A stretch of 57,036 nt of DNA from Vermamoeba vermiformis (taxonomy: Eukaryota). Below are positions 13,651-25,900 of this stretch, one piece after another. Both the position numbers and the translations under genes were made by a program. The stretch is from contig JBEWZL010000210.1 of the NCBI GenBank assembly GCA_045837725.1, forward strand, positions 62,001 to 119,036, written 5' to 3'. Positions within the stretch are counted from its first letter, which is position 1. The number at the start of each line of letters is the position of its first letter. The notes under the pieces were generated by a model. That model had not been told where the DNA came from. It was given only the letters and a program-made list of their open reading frames with translations, and made no database searches.

Positions 13651-15430
13651 TTAATCGTTATAACTATAAGTGTGTCTAGTATATGCATCATTCTTTTCTT
13701 CGTCTTTTTCTTTCAACTCGATTTTCGCTTTCGCTTCTTTCACAAGCTGTTTAGTCTCGTTAAGTCGCTCAGTCAATTCTTCGTGCTCTTCACCAATGCC
13801 GTCAATTTCAGTTTGAACCTTCTCGTACTTCTCTTGAATGCTTATTAATTCGTTTTTGTTACTAGCCAAAGTTTGCTGCAATTTTTTATGCGTCTGCTGG
13901 ATCTCTTGCAAACTCTTTTCGGTCTCAGTAACTTCAGTACTTATTTTAAGCAAATTGTCGGAAATCTCAGAATGACTCGCTTTCAATTCTATTTGCTTTT
14001 GATTCGCTTCGGCAATTGAATAATTAACTTGATCCAATTTTATCGCTAATAATTCCGATCTCTTGATCTCGGTTTTTTGTTGCTTTTCTAAGCTCTGATG
14101 AATCCGTTAGAAGGTAACGAAATGGTAAATATATATCTTACGCTATTTAGACTAGCAAGTTGCTTATTTTCGGTGATGAAGTGTTGTTTTTGGCGACGGA
14201 ATTCGGACCGCTGTCGATCCAGATCCGAATTCTTATTCTCTAACTCGATTTTTTCCTTATTAAGGTCACTTATGCTTATTTCTACTATGGTTTTATCATT
14301 TCTTAGGGTCGAAAGCTCGGTCCTTGAGTCCGCGATGATTTTCTCAGAATTCTTAATGGACGACTCGATCTCCGTTTTCTTATTCGTCAATATCGATAGT
14401 TTATGTTCGAGGGTCTTCTTAACGACATGCAAGACTTGGACTGCAGCTTGGACGAAGGCTCCGTAGCCAGATTTAAGGAACGCGGATGCGGCTTCCAGCT
14501 GCCAAAAAAATTCAGCACTGATGCTGGTACTTGGATTAAACTTACTGCTTCAAGGGCTATCTTAATACCCATTAGAATATTTTGTAGCTCGGCAATCTCT
14601 GCTTCTTTTTTTCTGAGCTGTTCTCTAAGGCTGTAACAGCATCCAGTTAGAAAACCGTTATAAATATTTTACCTAAGAACTTACGAGGCTATTTCCGACT
14701 CATTTTGAGATATTCTTGACTCAATTGAAGCAATTTTGTTGTCAATCGCGTGCAACTGGCCTTGTTTTTCCGTACTCGAAGAAGAGTTCTGAATCCGGAT
14801 TTAGTTTTGGATAAAAGAGAATAGAAAGACTTACTAGTTTGAGATTCTTCGCAGTAGTATCAATTTCTAACTGCACTTCTGATAGTTGTTGCTCCGTCGT
14901 AGCGAGGTCAAGCTTGTTTTCTTGGATCTTGGCGGAGTTTTCTTCGATCGTGTCTTTGATGCTTTCAACTTTTTCATTTGTCGATGTTAACTCTTGTTTA
15001 GTTTTCTCTAAGTCGTTAACTAGCTGGTTTTTCTGCGCTTCAAGTTGCGCCAAGTCGTTGGCAACTGAATCTAGCTCCACTTGAGGATCTTTTTGCTGTT
15101 GCAAAAGCCCGGCTTTATTTTGGATTGTCTCTGATAATTTTTCTTCCAATTTTCTTATTTCTAGGGTATTTTTTTCAAGTTGCTCTTCTCCCTAAAGAAT
15201 TGAATGTCAATTCAACAACACATCCGCCTGAAAAACTCGCTTACTTGGCGAATTTGTTCCTCCAGCTCGTTCTTTCGTGTTTGAAGGGCATCTTTTTGAT
15301 TAAGGAGCTCCGTCAATTGAGTTGCAAGCAGATCTCGCTGATCAATGAGCAACTTTTTGAAGTCATTTAAGCGTTGCAATTCTTCTTCAGCTCTTCTGCG
15401 CTGAGCGTCGTTGTTTTGTTGGTGCTGCAT
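13651..15430 (-). CDS. Long coiled-coil protein B, multi-exon, convergent with protein A
   Basis: Starts MQHQQNNDAQRRRAEEELQRL. Heptad-rich exons splice in frame. Central hydrophobic segment ILMGIKIALEALEAASAFLKSGYGAFVQAAVQVLHVV. Confidence 0.8.
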
Positions 15431-16579
15431 CGTTGAAAGTATTAATAATACTGATAACAACGCGCTTGCACGAATTTTATTTCGTGATTCAATTCTTTTT
15501 GGATCACGTGATCGATTCTCGCAATTGTGAAATCGAACAGGGTCCGATCATCCATCACATTGAGCAAAAGGACATCCGTATCGTAATAATAGTCGTTTTG
15601 GCTACGATGAATAAAATTAAAAATATTATGATCGCAGCAGCTTTAGAATTTGAATTATAAAGAAGTGAGGAGCGCTTCAAATATTTATATCGATTTTTTA
15701 AATTAGCTACTGCCTCAAACAACTTACTCTTTCTCGACGGATTTGTTGCAGGGCTCGTGACACCAATTTTGTTCTATTCGTGGCGTGGTTTTCGCTTGTT
15801 GCTGGACACCACGTTTTTAACTCCTAAGTAGGGTTAATTTATTCTGGTTATTGGTTGGGGTGCTGAGCAAACGGGTTGACTATTCAAGCTTCGCACAGAA
15901 ACATTGAAACTGCTAGCCGCCAAGATTTTCAAACACAAAAGGGTGGACTTTCGAGTCTATAACGTTTAATAGCGATGAACATGTTATTAGTATCGATAAA
16001 TCGAAAAATTGAGGCGACAAGAAGCTGATTCACAGCCTCAGTATTGCATTAACAATTAGCAATTGGGATGCCTAGTAAAATATTCATATATCAATACGCA
16101 ACGAGTGCAGAACTAATGCAGCTATGTGGTACGTACTAGCAGGTAGATCCGGTACTGTAATTTTTCTGAACAAAAATCCAAACGCAAGTACCACGATGTC
16201 TCTAGTCAAGTTAGCTTTTGCAATACCAAAGACTATTTTTAAAATTATTTGCAACCCTATTAATCCTTCTTTTCGTGCGCAGACACCCAATCTGGTCCAC
16301 ATCTGCATTCGCAAGTTCGCGTTCTAGCCTCAGCACTTGGTCAAAGGCTTCGGGTGTTGATAGCTTGTTTCGGGTCCCACGGTAATATACATTGCAATAT
16401 TTTACCTGTCAATCACACTCGTAACAGTTGCTTCTCCTCGGGAAAAATTGTTGTTACGAGATTGCTGTTTAAAGCACGTAGCGGATTGGTCAGTTTAACG
16501 AAATTTCTCTGCAGATGAAGCCTTTAATTTGAAACGATCTTGAAAATCACTAATATCAAGAGTTCACAACGGAGCGGCC

Positions 16580-18156
16580 ATGGATGGTGTTTCAAATCCG
16601 TTCTTGCTTGGCGCATTTGGAGCGCTTGTAGCAATGGCTATGGTAAAAATAATTCAGAATATATGGACAAAGTACTTCTTCGATGCAAGGAACGCTAAAG
16701 TCTCGGACTACATCCGTTCTGTGCAACAGAAAATCAAAGACGACCGAAGAAAAGCAAGTTATTCGCTGCCGATCCCGAAAGGATGGTACAAAGTGTGCTG
16801 CTCTAACGATGATAAAGCCTGGCCAAGTCAAGGAATATACAATCTGCGAGAATATTTTGGCTGTATATCGTTCTGAAGACGGAAAGACTGTTGGAGTTCT
16901 GGATGCGGACTGTCCTCATTTAGGAGCGAATATGGCGATCGAAGGAAGAGTCGTAGGCGACTGTTTACAGTGCCCGTTCCATCTGATCGAGTTCGGGGCA
17001 GACGGTAAGAAATTTGAACTTGAAATCTGACTTGGAAACAAACCCGAAACTCCAAAAATTTGTTATTTATCACCCCGAACGCATTTTAATCCCAAATTTA
17101 TCGAATTAATTCTTGTTTATTACATTAAGACTTTGTTGCAATGTTTTGGATTCGTCCCCGAGACTTTAAATTTGTTACATTGCTAACCTTTACTACGATC
17201 AGGCTCGTGCGCGAAAGTACCATGGACAAAGAGCGTTCCACCCCAATTAAAAGCAAAGTCATGGCACGTCAGGGAATACTTGGGCTTTATCATGATCTGG
17301 TACGACAGCGAGAAAAATCCACCAAGCTTTGAATTGCCGGATAGTATAAGCGAGCAGATTTCAGACATGTATTTTGTAACGTCTAAAGGTCCGTACTCCG
17401 TCAAAATGCATATTCAAGAATTTGCTGAGAACTCCGCCGACTTCCAACACTTTGGCGCTATCCACAATCAAATGCAAATTCCGTTCACTACATTACGACT
17501 GCCCTTTGTAACGTTGAAGCATAATGTCGACTGGAAGATTGGTCAAGGCTCTAACAGTCATCTACTGAACTTTTACGACACCGCATGGTACGTACTTGAT
17601 CCACTCGGTGAAACCTTCTAACGAGTTTCTATCTTCTAGGATTAAGTTATTAGGTAAAGAGTATCCGAGCACTAGTAAGTGTAATTGATGTTACGATCCG
17701 ATCGCGTTTCCTAATTTGGTAATGACAGAGGCAAGTGCTACGATAACCATGGTTGGTCCGGCAGCTTTAGCCGTGTTTGAGTTTGACGTGCCTAAAGTGG
17801 GCCGTGCTATTGTAGTCATGGCACATACGCCTATTGATGCTTTGTGTATGAACGTAGAGTTTTACGCCTATGCTGAAAAAAAGGTTTCGCGCATCATGGC
17901 GTGGTATGTACTTTCCGCATTTGCGCTAGCCTATCATAGCGTTCTAACAATATGATATTATAATCATAGGTACCTCTTGGGTAACTGGATCGCGCAGTGG
18001 AAGAATGACATCTCTATTTGGGAAAATAAGCTATACCTGCACAAGCCAAATGTACTTCAAGGCGACGGTCCCGTCAAAAAGTTAAGGCGATGGTTCTTAC
18101 AGTTTTACCCTAAAAGTTACGCAGCGACTCCTATCAACTGCGAAGGGGCGATGTAA
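16580..18156 (+). CDS. Rieske-type sterol 7(8)-desaturase, Neverland/DAF-36 family; +1 frameshift at ~16811
   Basis: N-terminal TM helix, PIPKGWY, Rieske motif CPHLGA...CPFH, non-heme Fe motif ENSADFQHFGAIH, C-terminal DISIWENK...GDGPVKKLRRWFLQFY. One extra base at ~16811 breaks the frame. Confidence 0.85.
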
Positions 18157-18368
18157 AGTCTTCGAATTGTTCATATGTAATAAAGCACTTGTACAGAATG
18201 AATCCAATCGAGCTGCCGAGAGACCACAAGCGAATCAAAATCAATTCTGCCTCTATTTTGTATAACAATAGACATCATTTATTTAAATCTAACAACTACA
18301 ATAAAACTAAAAGAAAGCGTATCAAGCGCATCCTTTAAGATCTGGATCGTTGGTACCAATTGAGCAAG

Positions 18369-19808
18369 TTAGTTGCATCTGTATGCAAGTAACTGGAAGT
18401 GGTCGTACTTGTACAACGAATTGACTGTCGGGAAGGCACTGAGACCAAATTTGGATGTGAGTAAGGTCTTTAGCACAAGTGTAGAGGGCTCTTTGTAGCA
18501 GCACGCCAAAACAGCGCGCATGGCCTTGTGCAGCTCGGTGATGTCGCCGAAACGATCTTTGTAATAACATACTTGCAAGACCAGCAACTTTTCCAACTGA
18601 AGCAGCTTGAGAATTAAATTCATGAATCGGTCGAATTCTCCAGCACCGATTTTTGTCTCAATGCACATGTCCTTGAATTTGGCGAGCATGGCAATAGACG
18701 GGGTGTTAGTCTTAATGTGTTTTAGCCACATTTCTACCAGTTCGAGCCCCACATTCACCTTCTTCATCGAGTTTTTAACGACAACAAGTACATTGTGATC
18801 GGGATGATGAGCACCGCGAGTTGGTGTCAGAGGGTCAAATTTTGGTCCAACGCTGTTGTTCGTAACACCGCCGCCAATACCATCGTACTCGATTTCATCA
18901 AACATATGGAACTCTTTCTTATTGAGTACTGCCGCATGAAGGTTCCTAAATAACTCTTGTTCAGGTTGAGAAAACCATTTTGCGGCTTCGTCAAATGCAG
19001 CGCCTATTTTTTTTAATGCCATTATTAATCGTATTCAATTCTACGAAAAAAATTTAAGGCTCACGTACTATAGTTCTTCCAAAGCTTATTTCCCTTCTGG
19101 ATCTTTCGTTTGCCTGCCATTTCCGGTTTGAATCCCCACCATTCTGCAATCTTATATGGTATTAAAGAGGCCATGTGGTGTTCGAATAGCTCAGTGCGCG
19201 TTTCCTGATTATCGCGGATGGTGTTGAGCTCTGAATCCACCCGATTTAATAACTCATTCAGACGACTTTCTATACGTTATATAATTAATAATAGTAGGTT
19301 GGCATAAGCGATTACGTTTACTTACTTAATCGTTCGAGTAATTCTTCGTTCAAAAGCAGCTTTGGATTCGCATCCGAATCCAGATTTGCATCTGAATCCA
19401 GATTTGATGTCGAGTTGTCGGCCATTAGTTGTTCATAATCAATATTGTTTGATAAGTCCATTACACTGTTTTTTTCGTGGGTTTCCTCTTCCCTAGAGGA
19501 ATCGCTACGACCTTGCTGCGGAGATCCTGACCAGGCCGCACCGTTTTGAAGCTAGCAAGACATATTAAATCGGATATAATAAATATTTATGCAAAAAGTT
19601 ATTGTATACCGCTGGCTTTCTTCTAGGAGCTTCAAGAATCTTTTCTAGCGGATCTTTTTTGACTGACGAAAAAAATCATTACAGATCTGTTTAACGATAA
19701 CAAAAACTAGCTATAGATACCTATTACTTTAGCCTTATGCTCAATTTGCTTTAAGGCGATGACTTTCTTCGGGGTAATGGGCTGGATCAACTTCGAATTA
19801 GGGTTCAT
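18369..19808 (-). CDS. Hypothetical protein, multi-exon; apparent +1 frameshift in an A8 run at ~19007-19014
   Basis: Starts MNPNSKLIQPITPKK. Exons with GT-AG introns lead to ...LWKNYKLNTINNGIKK, which joins the 217-aa last ORF only if the A8 run is read as A7. Confidence 0.6.
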
Positions 19809-20059
19809 CCTTACTTAACGAGTTGTGTGTAGTTACTACGTTTACTGCGTAAAAATAATGGAGCCACACAGAAAAGTTGAGAAATAATCAATAACGCTGC
19901 AAATACGGAGAAATTTGCATCTTCGCACAACTTTAAACAGTTTTCGTTTTAACCTGACAATAGGAACTATTATATTAATTGCATTTTATTTACCATTATC
20001 GACTAGCAAGTAAAATTGTACTGGTGTTAATTTCGGCTTCGTGTTCAGACAGGTCGGAT

Positions 20060-21737
20060 CTAATGCTCACAAAGCGAGAAAGGACGTTCATATACCAGCC
20101 CGTTATCCATATCACTTATAAATTTGCGTTCTTTCATCAACTCTTCACGATGTTGTTTCGCTGTTTCGAGCGACATCGCCTCACTCGCCTTGTTCGAAAT
20201 CCGTCGATGTGTCTCGAACAATGTGCCTTCAAACTGTTTTATCAATTGCAATTTGTACCAATCAAATTGTTGCGGCGGAACAATAGCCGTCGAGATGATA
20301 GGCGTGCCAGGGTCTACCAAGAAAAACACCAAAATTTTTCTCGACCCTGGTTTTGTCGGATCTGCCAGTTTGAAAGCCTCGAGGCTTATGTTGATACAAA
20401 TTAGGAAATACGATGCACCTGTCCTGCTCCGTGATGACTGAACCGACAGGTTGCACTAACGAAGCATCTTCCGCAAGACCGAACAACAACGGCGGACCAA
20501 TCCGATCATCCTGTGTGTATCCAGGAGCGTCAACAGATTTTCTGAACGATAACTTCGATGTCGTGATGTTATCCGTGTGATAGTAATAAATGCCCGTAGC
20601 GATAATTCGCTCGTTGTCCATGCCTTCCACGTGCCACACGCCACCGTTGTACTCAGGTTTTTCAGGTGTCAAATGAATGTTTGCCATTTTCACGATAACT
20701 TGGAGATTTCTTCCACAGAGGTCTACACGGGTCTTAGGACGTGGTGGCAATGTATAGTTCGGAAGTGGTGGTTGGATCGGGATCCGGTTTGGATCATCTT
20801 CTGTTACACCTTCTGGATAGCTCACATCTTCGCACTTAATTCTGTTCGGGGGTGAGTAGAGAGCCTCCGTCAGGGTCTTATTAAACATCGGAACAAATCG
20901 TTCAAAGATGCGTTCTAAAGTGCCGTACAATGCCGCGTGTTGCTCGGGATGCAAGTTGTTGATGTAGGACCGGATCCGGACCTTGCCTTGATTGTCGACG
21001 TCAAATTCAGCTGGCAGCCACTGATATTTCTTAGAAATACCGGGTGTATGGCCACTATCGAAATTTGTCCATGATCGGAACCAATTTTTGGATCTGCTGA
21101 TTAGCGAGCTGAAAAAACCCTTCTTAGCTCGTTCACTAGCACCAGAGCCTAAGAAATCTGACCAAGGTTCCGGCCATATGCCCTCCTGAGTTTTTGTCTC
21201 ACCAATGACGAAGCAGAAGAGAGAAGGATGGACCAGATCTAGCACTTGCCCATTGGATCCAGGATGCCAATCCAACTTGGACCTTTCAACGTTCTCGAGC
21301 GGATATACGCCTTGAATAAGTTTTTTGCGCAATTCTTCGGGTATTAAGCCGTCGGCTTGATAGACTCCGTCTGCAGGCGAGGGAATGACCAATCCGTCTT
21401 GAAGTCTGGAATAATATTGTTCTAATTCGTCAAAGACGTATTTGATAATATCATTTGCTACTCCTGTAGTAAAACAATTATTTAATTTTATCGCGATTTT
21501 ATTTTGAAATTTAGATTTACCTTCGAGTTGCAACTCATTAATCCATCGTTGTTTAATTTCATTATTTTTGATTTTTTCTATCCAATTTTTCTTTTCCCTA
21601 ATTGCGCTACTAACTGCCATCGCACGAAGTTCGAGCAAAGTCTTCGGAGGAGATGCGCTACCGTAGGTGCCATTCAAGTCGAAAACAGTTGGAAACCGCT
21701 TGTCAAGCTTATCAACGGGTATGTTGTTGTGCTCCAT
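20060..21737 (-). CDS. DUF4246-family protein (2OG-Fe(II) oxygenase-like); +1 frameshift at ~20380
   Basis: DWHPGSNGQVLDLVHPSLF, KYQWLPAEF, SYINNLHP, LQVIVKMANIHLTPEKPEYNGGVWHVEG, FPNLYQHK and, in the next frame, FKLADPTKPGSRKILVFFLVDP...ISTAIVPPQQ...FSLCEH*. One in-frame intron near 21465-21520. Confidence 0.85.
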
Positions 21738-22014
21738 TTGCAATAGAAGTTGAATTTGCCAGCAGGTTTGTGAACCACTATCTTTCTGCCGAAGAAATCT
21801 TTCGGAGCGGATGTGAGAGGCCACAAAGCATTTGGCGGCTTATATAGCTGTCAATGTAATTGAACGGCATTTATTGAGATGAAGGCGGTAGTTTTAAGGC
21901 TAATTTTAAGGATGGTATTTCGTAAGATCCCTTTCGGTTAGGTCTGGAGACGCAACCCGACAAAAAATTTTCAAATAACAAAATAGAGTGAAGCACAACA
22001 TAAGACATTATAAA

Positions 22015-23656
22015 ATGATGTCTATATTTCAAAAGATCAAGGCCCTTCAGAATTCGTACAACAAGTGGTTCATCAATAACTCAGATGTGCTTAGTAAACT
22101 CGAGAATGGCCTCAAAACAACATTATTTTTATTCCCTGGTAGATTCAAAGATTCAGAAGTTCAAGCTGAAACGAGTAAGTCAGAAAATAAGGATCTGATC
22201 GCAGATTTATGAGGATTTGATGAATTGCAATCAACCAACTTTAGAATTTATATTTTATTATCATATCCGTCGAAACTGTAATTAAAAAGATGCGCTTTTT
22301 CAACGAACAGATCGTTGTTCGTATTTATTTTTGAATTTTAAAAATATTTCGAACAAAATTGCTGATCAACCCTATTTATTTGATCAAAATTTAATATTAT
22401 CATACTGTTGGCATATTTAAAAATATTAATACTTGTTATTTCGCAGTGTATTCAAGTATTGGCTTGATCTCATTGTATCACGATTACGTCTTCAGAAAAT
22501 ACGTTCAAACAATCCAAGAAGAAAAATCATCGACAAATACAGATTTAATTAAATTAATTCCCGATGCTAAATTAAGAAAAAAGCTTAAAGAATCGAATTA
22601 CTTCCCGAGAAAGGCAAACAGATTGGCATTACTCGAATCAATCATTGAAAACTTCGAGTTATTGATAGAACTAGTCGCAGTATATTCACAAGGCAGTTAT
22701 TTAGTCGACAGACAGCCGCATAAGAATCCACTCGTTCATTTTGCCATGAAAAATCTGCATTATCTCGCGATATTTTTTGTCGAAGTTTTAAAGTAAGTCC
22801 TAAACCATTAAATATCAATAATAATACTACTAATATCGTTTAAAAACTTGGATATTAATTTTTAATATTTTTAGGGCGATTTTACGGTTGATTATGTTGT
22901 ACAAAAATAACGGATCCATTTTGGCGTTCCATAAAATTCCGCCACGTGCGCCACTAAGACCCGAAGAAGAAGCTATCGAGGAAGAGTACGATTTCCTTAT
23001 ATAGTAATATCAAGTAGTGTTACTAACGCTATTTTTAGGTTGAGACAAATCGGTGATGCAAATCCAAAACGACGAAAAACGCTATTAATGGTCAAAGAAC
23101 AGCTTGAAGCTAAGCGAGCAAAAGAATTGAAAAGAATTCAAGACGAAACTCCGACTAAATCAACGAGCTCAATGATCCTCGGTGAAATTTTGTGGATCTT
23201 GCGACCTGTCGTCTATTGTACGTCATTTCAGATACTTACTAATCACATATTTATACTAATAATATTATATAATAGTGGTGGCATTAGTATTGTTTGGACG
23301 TCACTCATGGAAGCCCTGGTGGATCTCACTTTTGATCGATATTTATGCCCGCAGGAAGTCACGTAGCGGCAAGACGCTTAACGATCCTGAAAGTGTCGAA
23401 TTATCGCGTAGAACATTCAATTGGTTATATTATTTGCTGCGTAGTCCATTTTTTGAAAAATTCTTGGCGAAGAAATCGTCATCGACTTCAATTTTCTCAA
23501 AGTTTGCTTCTTTGCCTGTTATCAACGTTGTTTATAGTAAGTGCTAATTATATTCATATTATAAGTAGTGTTTACTAACGATAATGTATAGTGGCTATTA
23601 TTGAGTTCTTGCAAGTGTATCGTCAACGATATTTCTACACTGCTGGATCTTCGTAA
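22015..23656 (+). CDS. PEX16: Peroxisomal biogenesis factor 16, multi-exon
   Basis: FLFPGRFKDSE, GLISLYHD, GEILWILRPVVY, SWKPWWISLLIDI, ELSRRTFNWLYYLLRSPFF and C-terminal RYFYTAGSS*. Confidence 0.9.
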
Positions 23657-23873
23657 GATCTGCACTTGTAACTACGAGTCAATAAACTATCCATATCAAA
23701 TTGTACATATAGTCATCATTCAATATGACATAAAATGACTGCAAGCGACATGGCGGTAAGCGCCGTCTGTTCTCGGAAATTTCGCAAAAAAAACGGGCTT
23801 GCAACAATCTTCGTCGTGAATATGCTAGTATTTAGTTTAGACTAAAGGAGAAACACATTTCGTTGCTAAGACA

Positions 23874-25703
23874 ATGAATTTAGAAACCGTGATCTCCGCT
23901 ATCAAAATTCCAGAGGATAAAATTCTGAATGTCTACGTCACAGTAAGCAATATATGGCGATAAATTAAATATATAATTACACATTTAATTGTCGATAGGG
24001 TTCTAGGGTTTATGGAACGAATGACGCGAATTCCGATTGGTAATAATTAATTCAAAAATTTTAACAAATTGTGACGTTAGATTGGTCAAATATTCTGCTA
24101 TAACGAATTATATATCACGATTTTAATTTTAAAAATATTTAGGGATTTTTTTGTAATTGTTGAAGACGATGCTGATCTGCAGAGCGGTTGGGAGCTTCAA
24201 GAAGTCGGTGACGTGAATGCAGGCATTGCTAAAATTAGTCATTTCGTCGATATTATATTGAATAGAGATCAGAATTTGCAAGTAAGTCTTTTTCAGTTTG
24301 GATCAAGCATCACTAACATTCCTGTAGGCGATCTGTTGTTTATTCGTACCACAAGAGTTTATATGGTTAGAAAAGGCTAAAAATCTACATGAACGATATA
24401 AAGTGCAAAAATATAGTCTAAAGCAATCGATATTAAGCAAGGCTTGCTCGTGTTTTCATCGGTAAGATCCAGCCGCAAAATTTATTTTCAATGAATACTA
24501 ATATAATGGCGTTTTTAGGGCAGAATGGTACTGCAACGAAGCTGAAAAAATAGAAAATGAAACCGAAAAGGCTAAATTGAGCAGAAAATCGAAGAAAATG
24601 ATATTTCATTGCTTGCGGTAAGATCTCGATCTCAACAACACTCGTGGTTACTAATAATATTGTTATAGATACCTCCATTTAGGTTTGCAATTATTTGATA
24701 CTGGCAAAATTTACGATTTTAAAGTCGCCAATCATTACTGGAGCGAGATCCAGCAAATTGATAGCGTCAAATGGATCGACTACGAAGTACGTGCCTTAAA
24801 TTTCAATATAAGTAATCTAACACTATGATTTTACAGAAAGTATATAGACCGATTTACTTAGAGCTATTACATAAGCTACCACGACATATCGATCAAATGG
24901 TCGAGGGTTTTAGTTCAGATCCGTTACTGACTGAAATGTGGCGCTTAACTCACTTGCCGATCATACAGCAAGGCTATCAATTATCAATAGTAAATCATTG
25001 TCAAGAAATCGCTCGGCACGTAGCGCCTTACGAAGGTACAACTTTAGCCAGTATTTTTCAAGCGACTTGAATTATCTTGTTTATTACTGGAAGTGTAACA
25101 TTTAATATAATTATATTTCACTGTTTGTTTAATACTATTTTCAAGTAATACGATGCACTATAAAATGCTATACATCGGTTTTACATTTGCACCACGAATT
25201 TTTTCAATCGAATATTAATTGTTTTTGTTATTATTGCAGATAAAAAAGTATCGATGTTAGAAGCGATTGAAAAAGAATTCCCGCAAGTATTGGAACTGTA
25301 CAAAGAGACATTTGACAAGCACATCCAACTCTGCGAAGACATTCAGAAGAATTACAACGAATTATTGAAGAAAATGCTTGAATCGATCAATAACAAGAAT
25401 AATGATAGTAATAGTGGTGATAATAAGAAGAACAATACGTCAATTAGGAACGGATCTGACTTCGTCAAAGCGTTTTGGAAAGTAGCGCATGAAGATCAAT
25501 ATTCAAAGTGCCTATTGAATATGAACAAGTTCTTCGTGCAAAAATTGAACGAAGAAAGCATTACGAGCTATATTAAGGACAGTTCTATTCATAGCATCGA
25601 AGTGCCACTTAGATCTGTTCTTTTATTTTTCGAAGCTTCGCCGCGGACCACATTTGATGTTACTTGGAACCATAAATATAGTACTAATGATAACAATAAA
25701 TAA
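23874..25703 (+). CDS. DNA polymerase beta-fold nucleotidyltransferase with helical C-terminal extension, multi-exon
   Basis: Spliced motif VYVTGSRVYGTNDANSDWDFFVIV (GS...DxD). Later KKMIFHCLRYLHLGLQLFDTGKIYDFKVANHYW. Confidence 0.8.
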
Positions 25704-25900
25704 ACGAAACAGCTTGATTTTCGCGAATTTCTTGCTGAGCTAGCAGGAAATAAATAGTAATAATCGCGATTTCTTTTTATGTCGAAGAGAAAAAGACTTT
25801 TTATGGGCTTCATATTTGAATATCGCTTCGTTTTCAACTCCGGAGATTAGTAGAGGGTTTTTTACATACAAAGTTTTAATCCGATACACTATCGAGCGTA

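Noticed and set aside
15433-16330. Short ORFs in the gap between coiled-coil gene B and the Rieske gene
   Set aside because: No recognisable motifs or consistent exon chain; treated as intergenic or unrecognisably decayed.
16347-16358. 12-mer GCTTCGGGTGTT shared with 28190-28201, both upstream of genes
   Set aside because: Only two copies with little flanking similarity; cannot be separated from chance without genome-wide counts.
19123-19141. CCGGTTTGAATCCCCACCA resembling a tRNA T-arm and CCA end
   Set aside because: No acceptor-stem partner, D-arm or anticodon arm upstream; it lies antisense within a coding exon.
19370-19405. Two 18-bp tandem units
   Set aside because: In-frame coding duplication (NLDSDA x2) with no spacers; not CRISPR-like.
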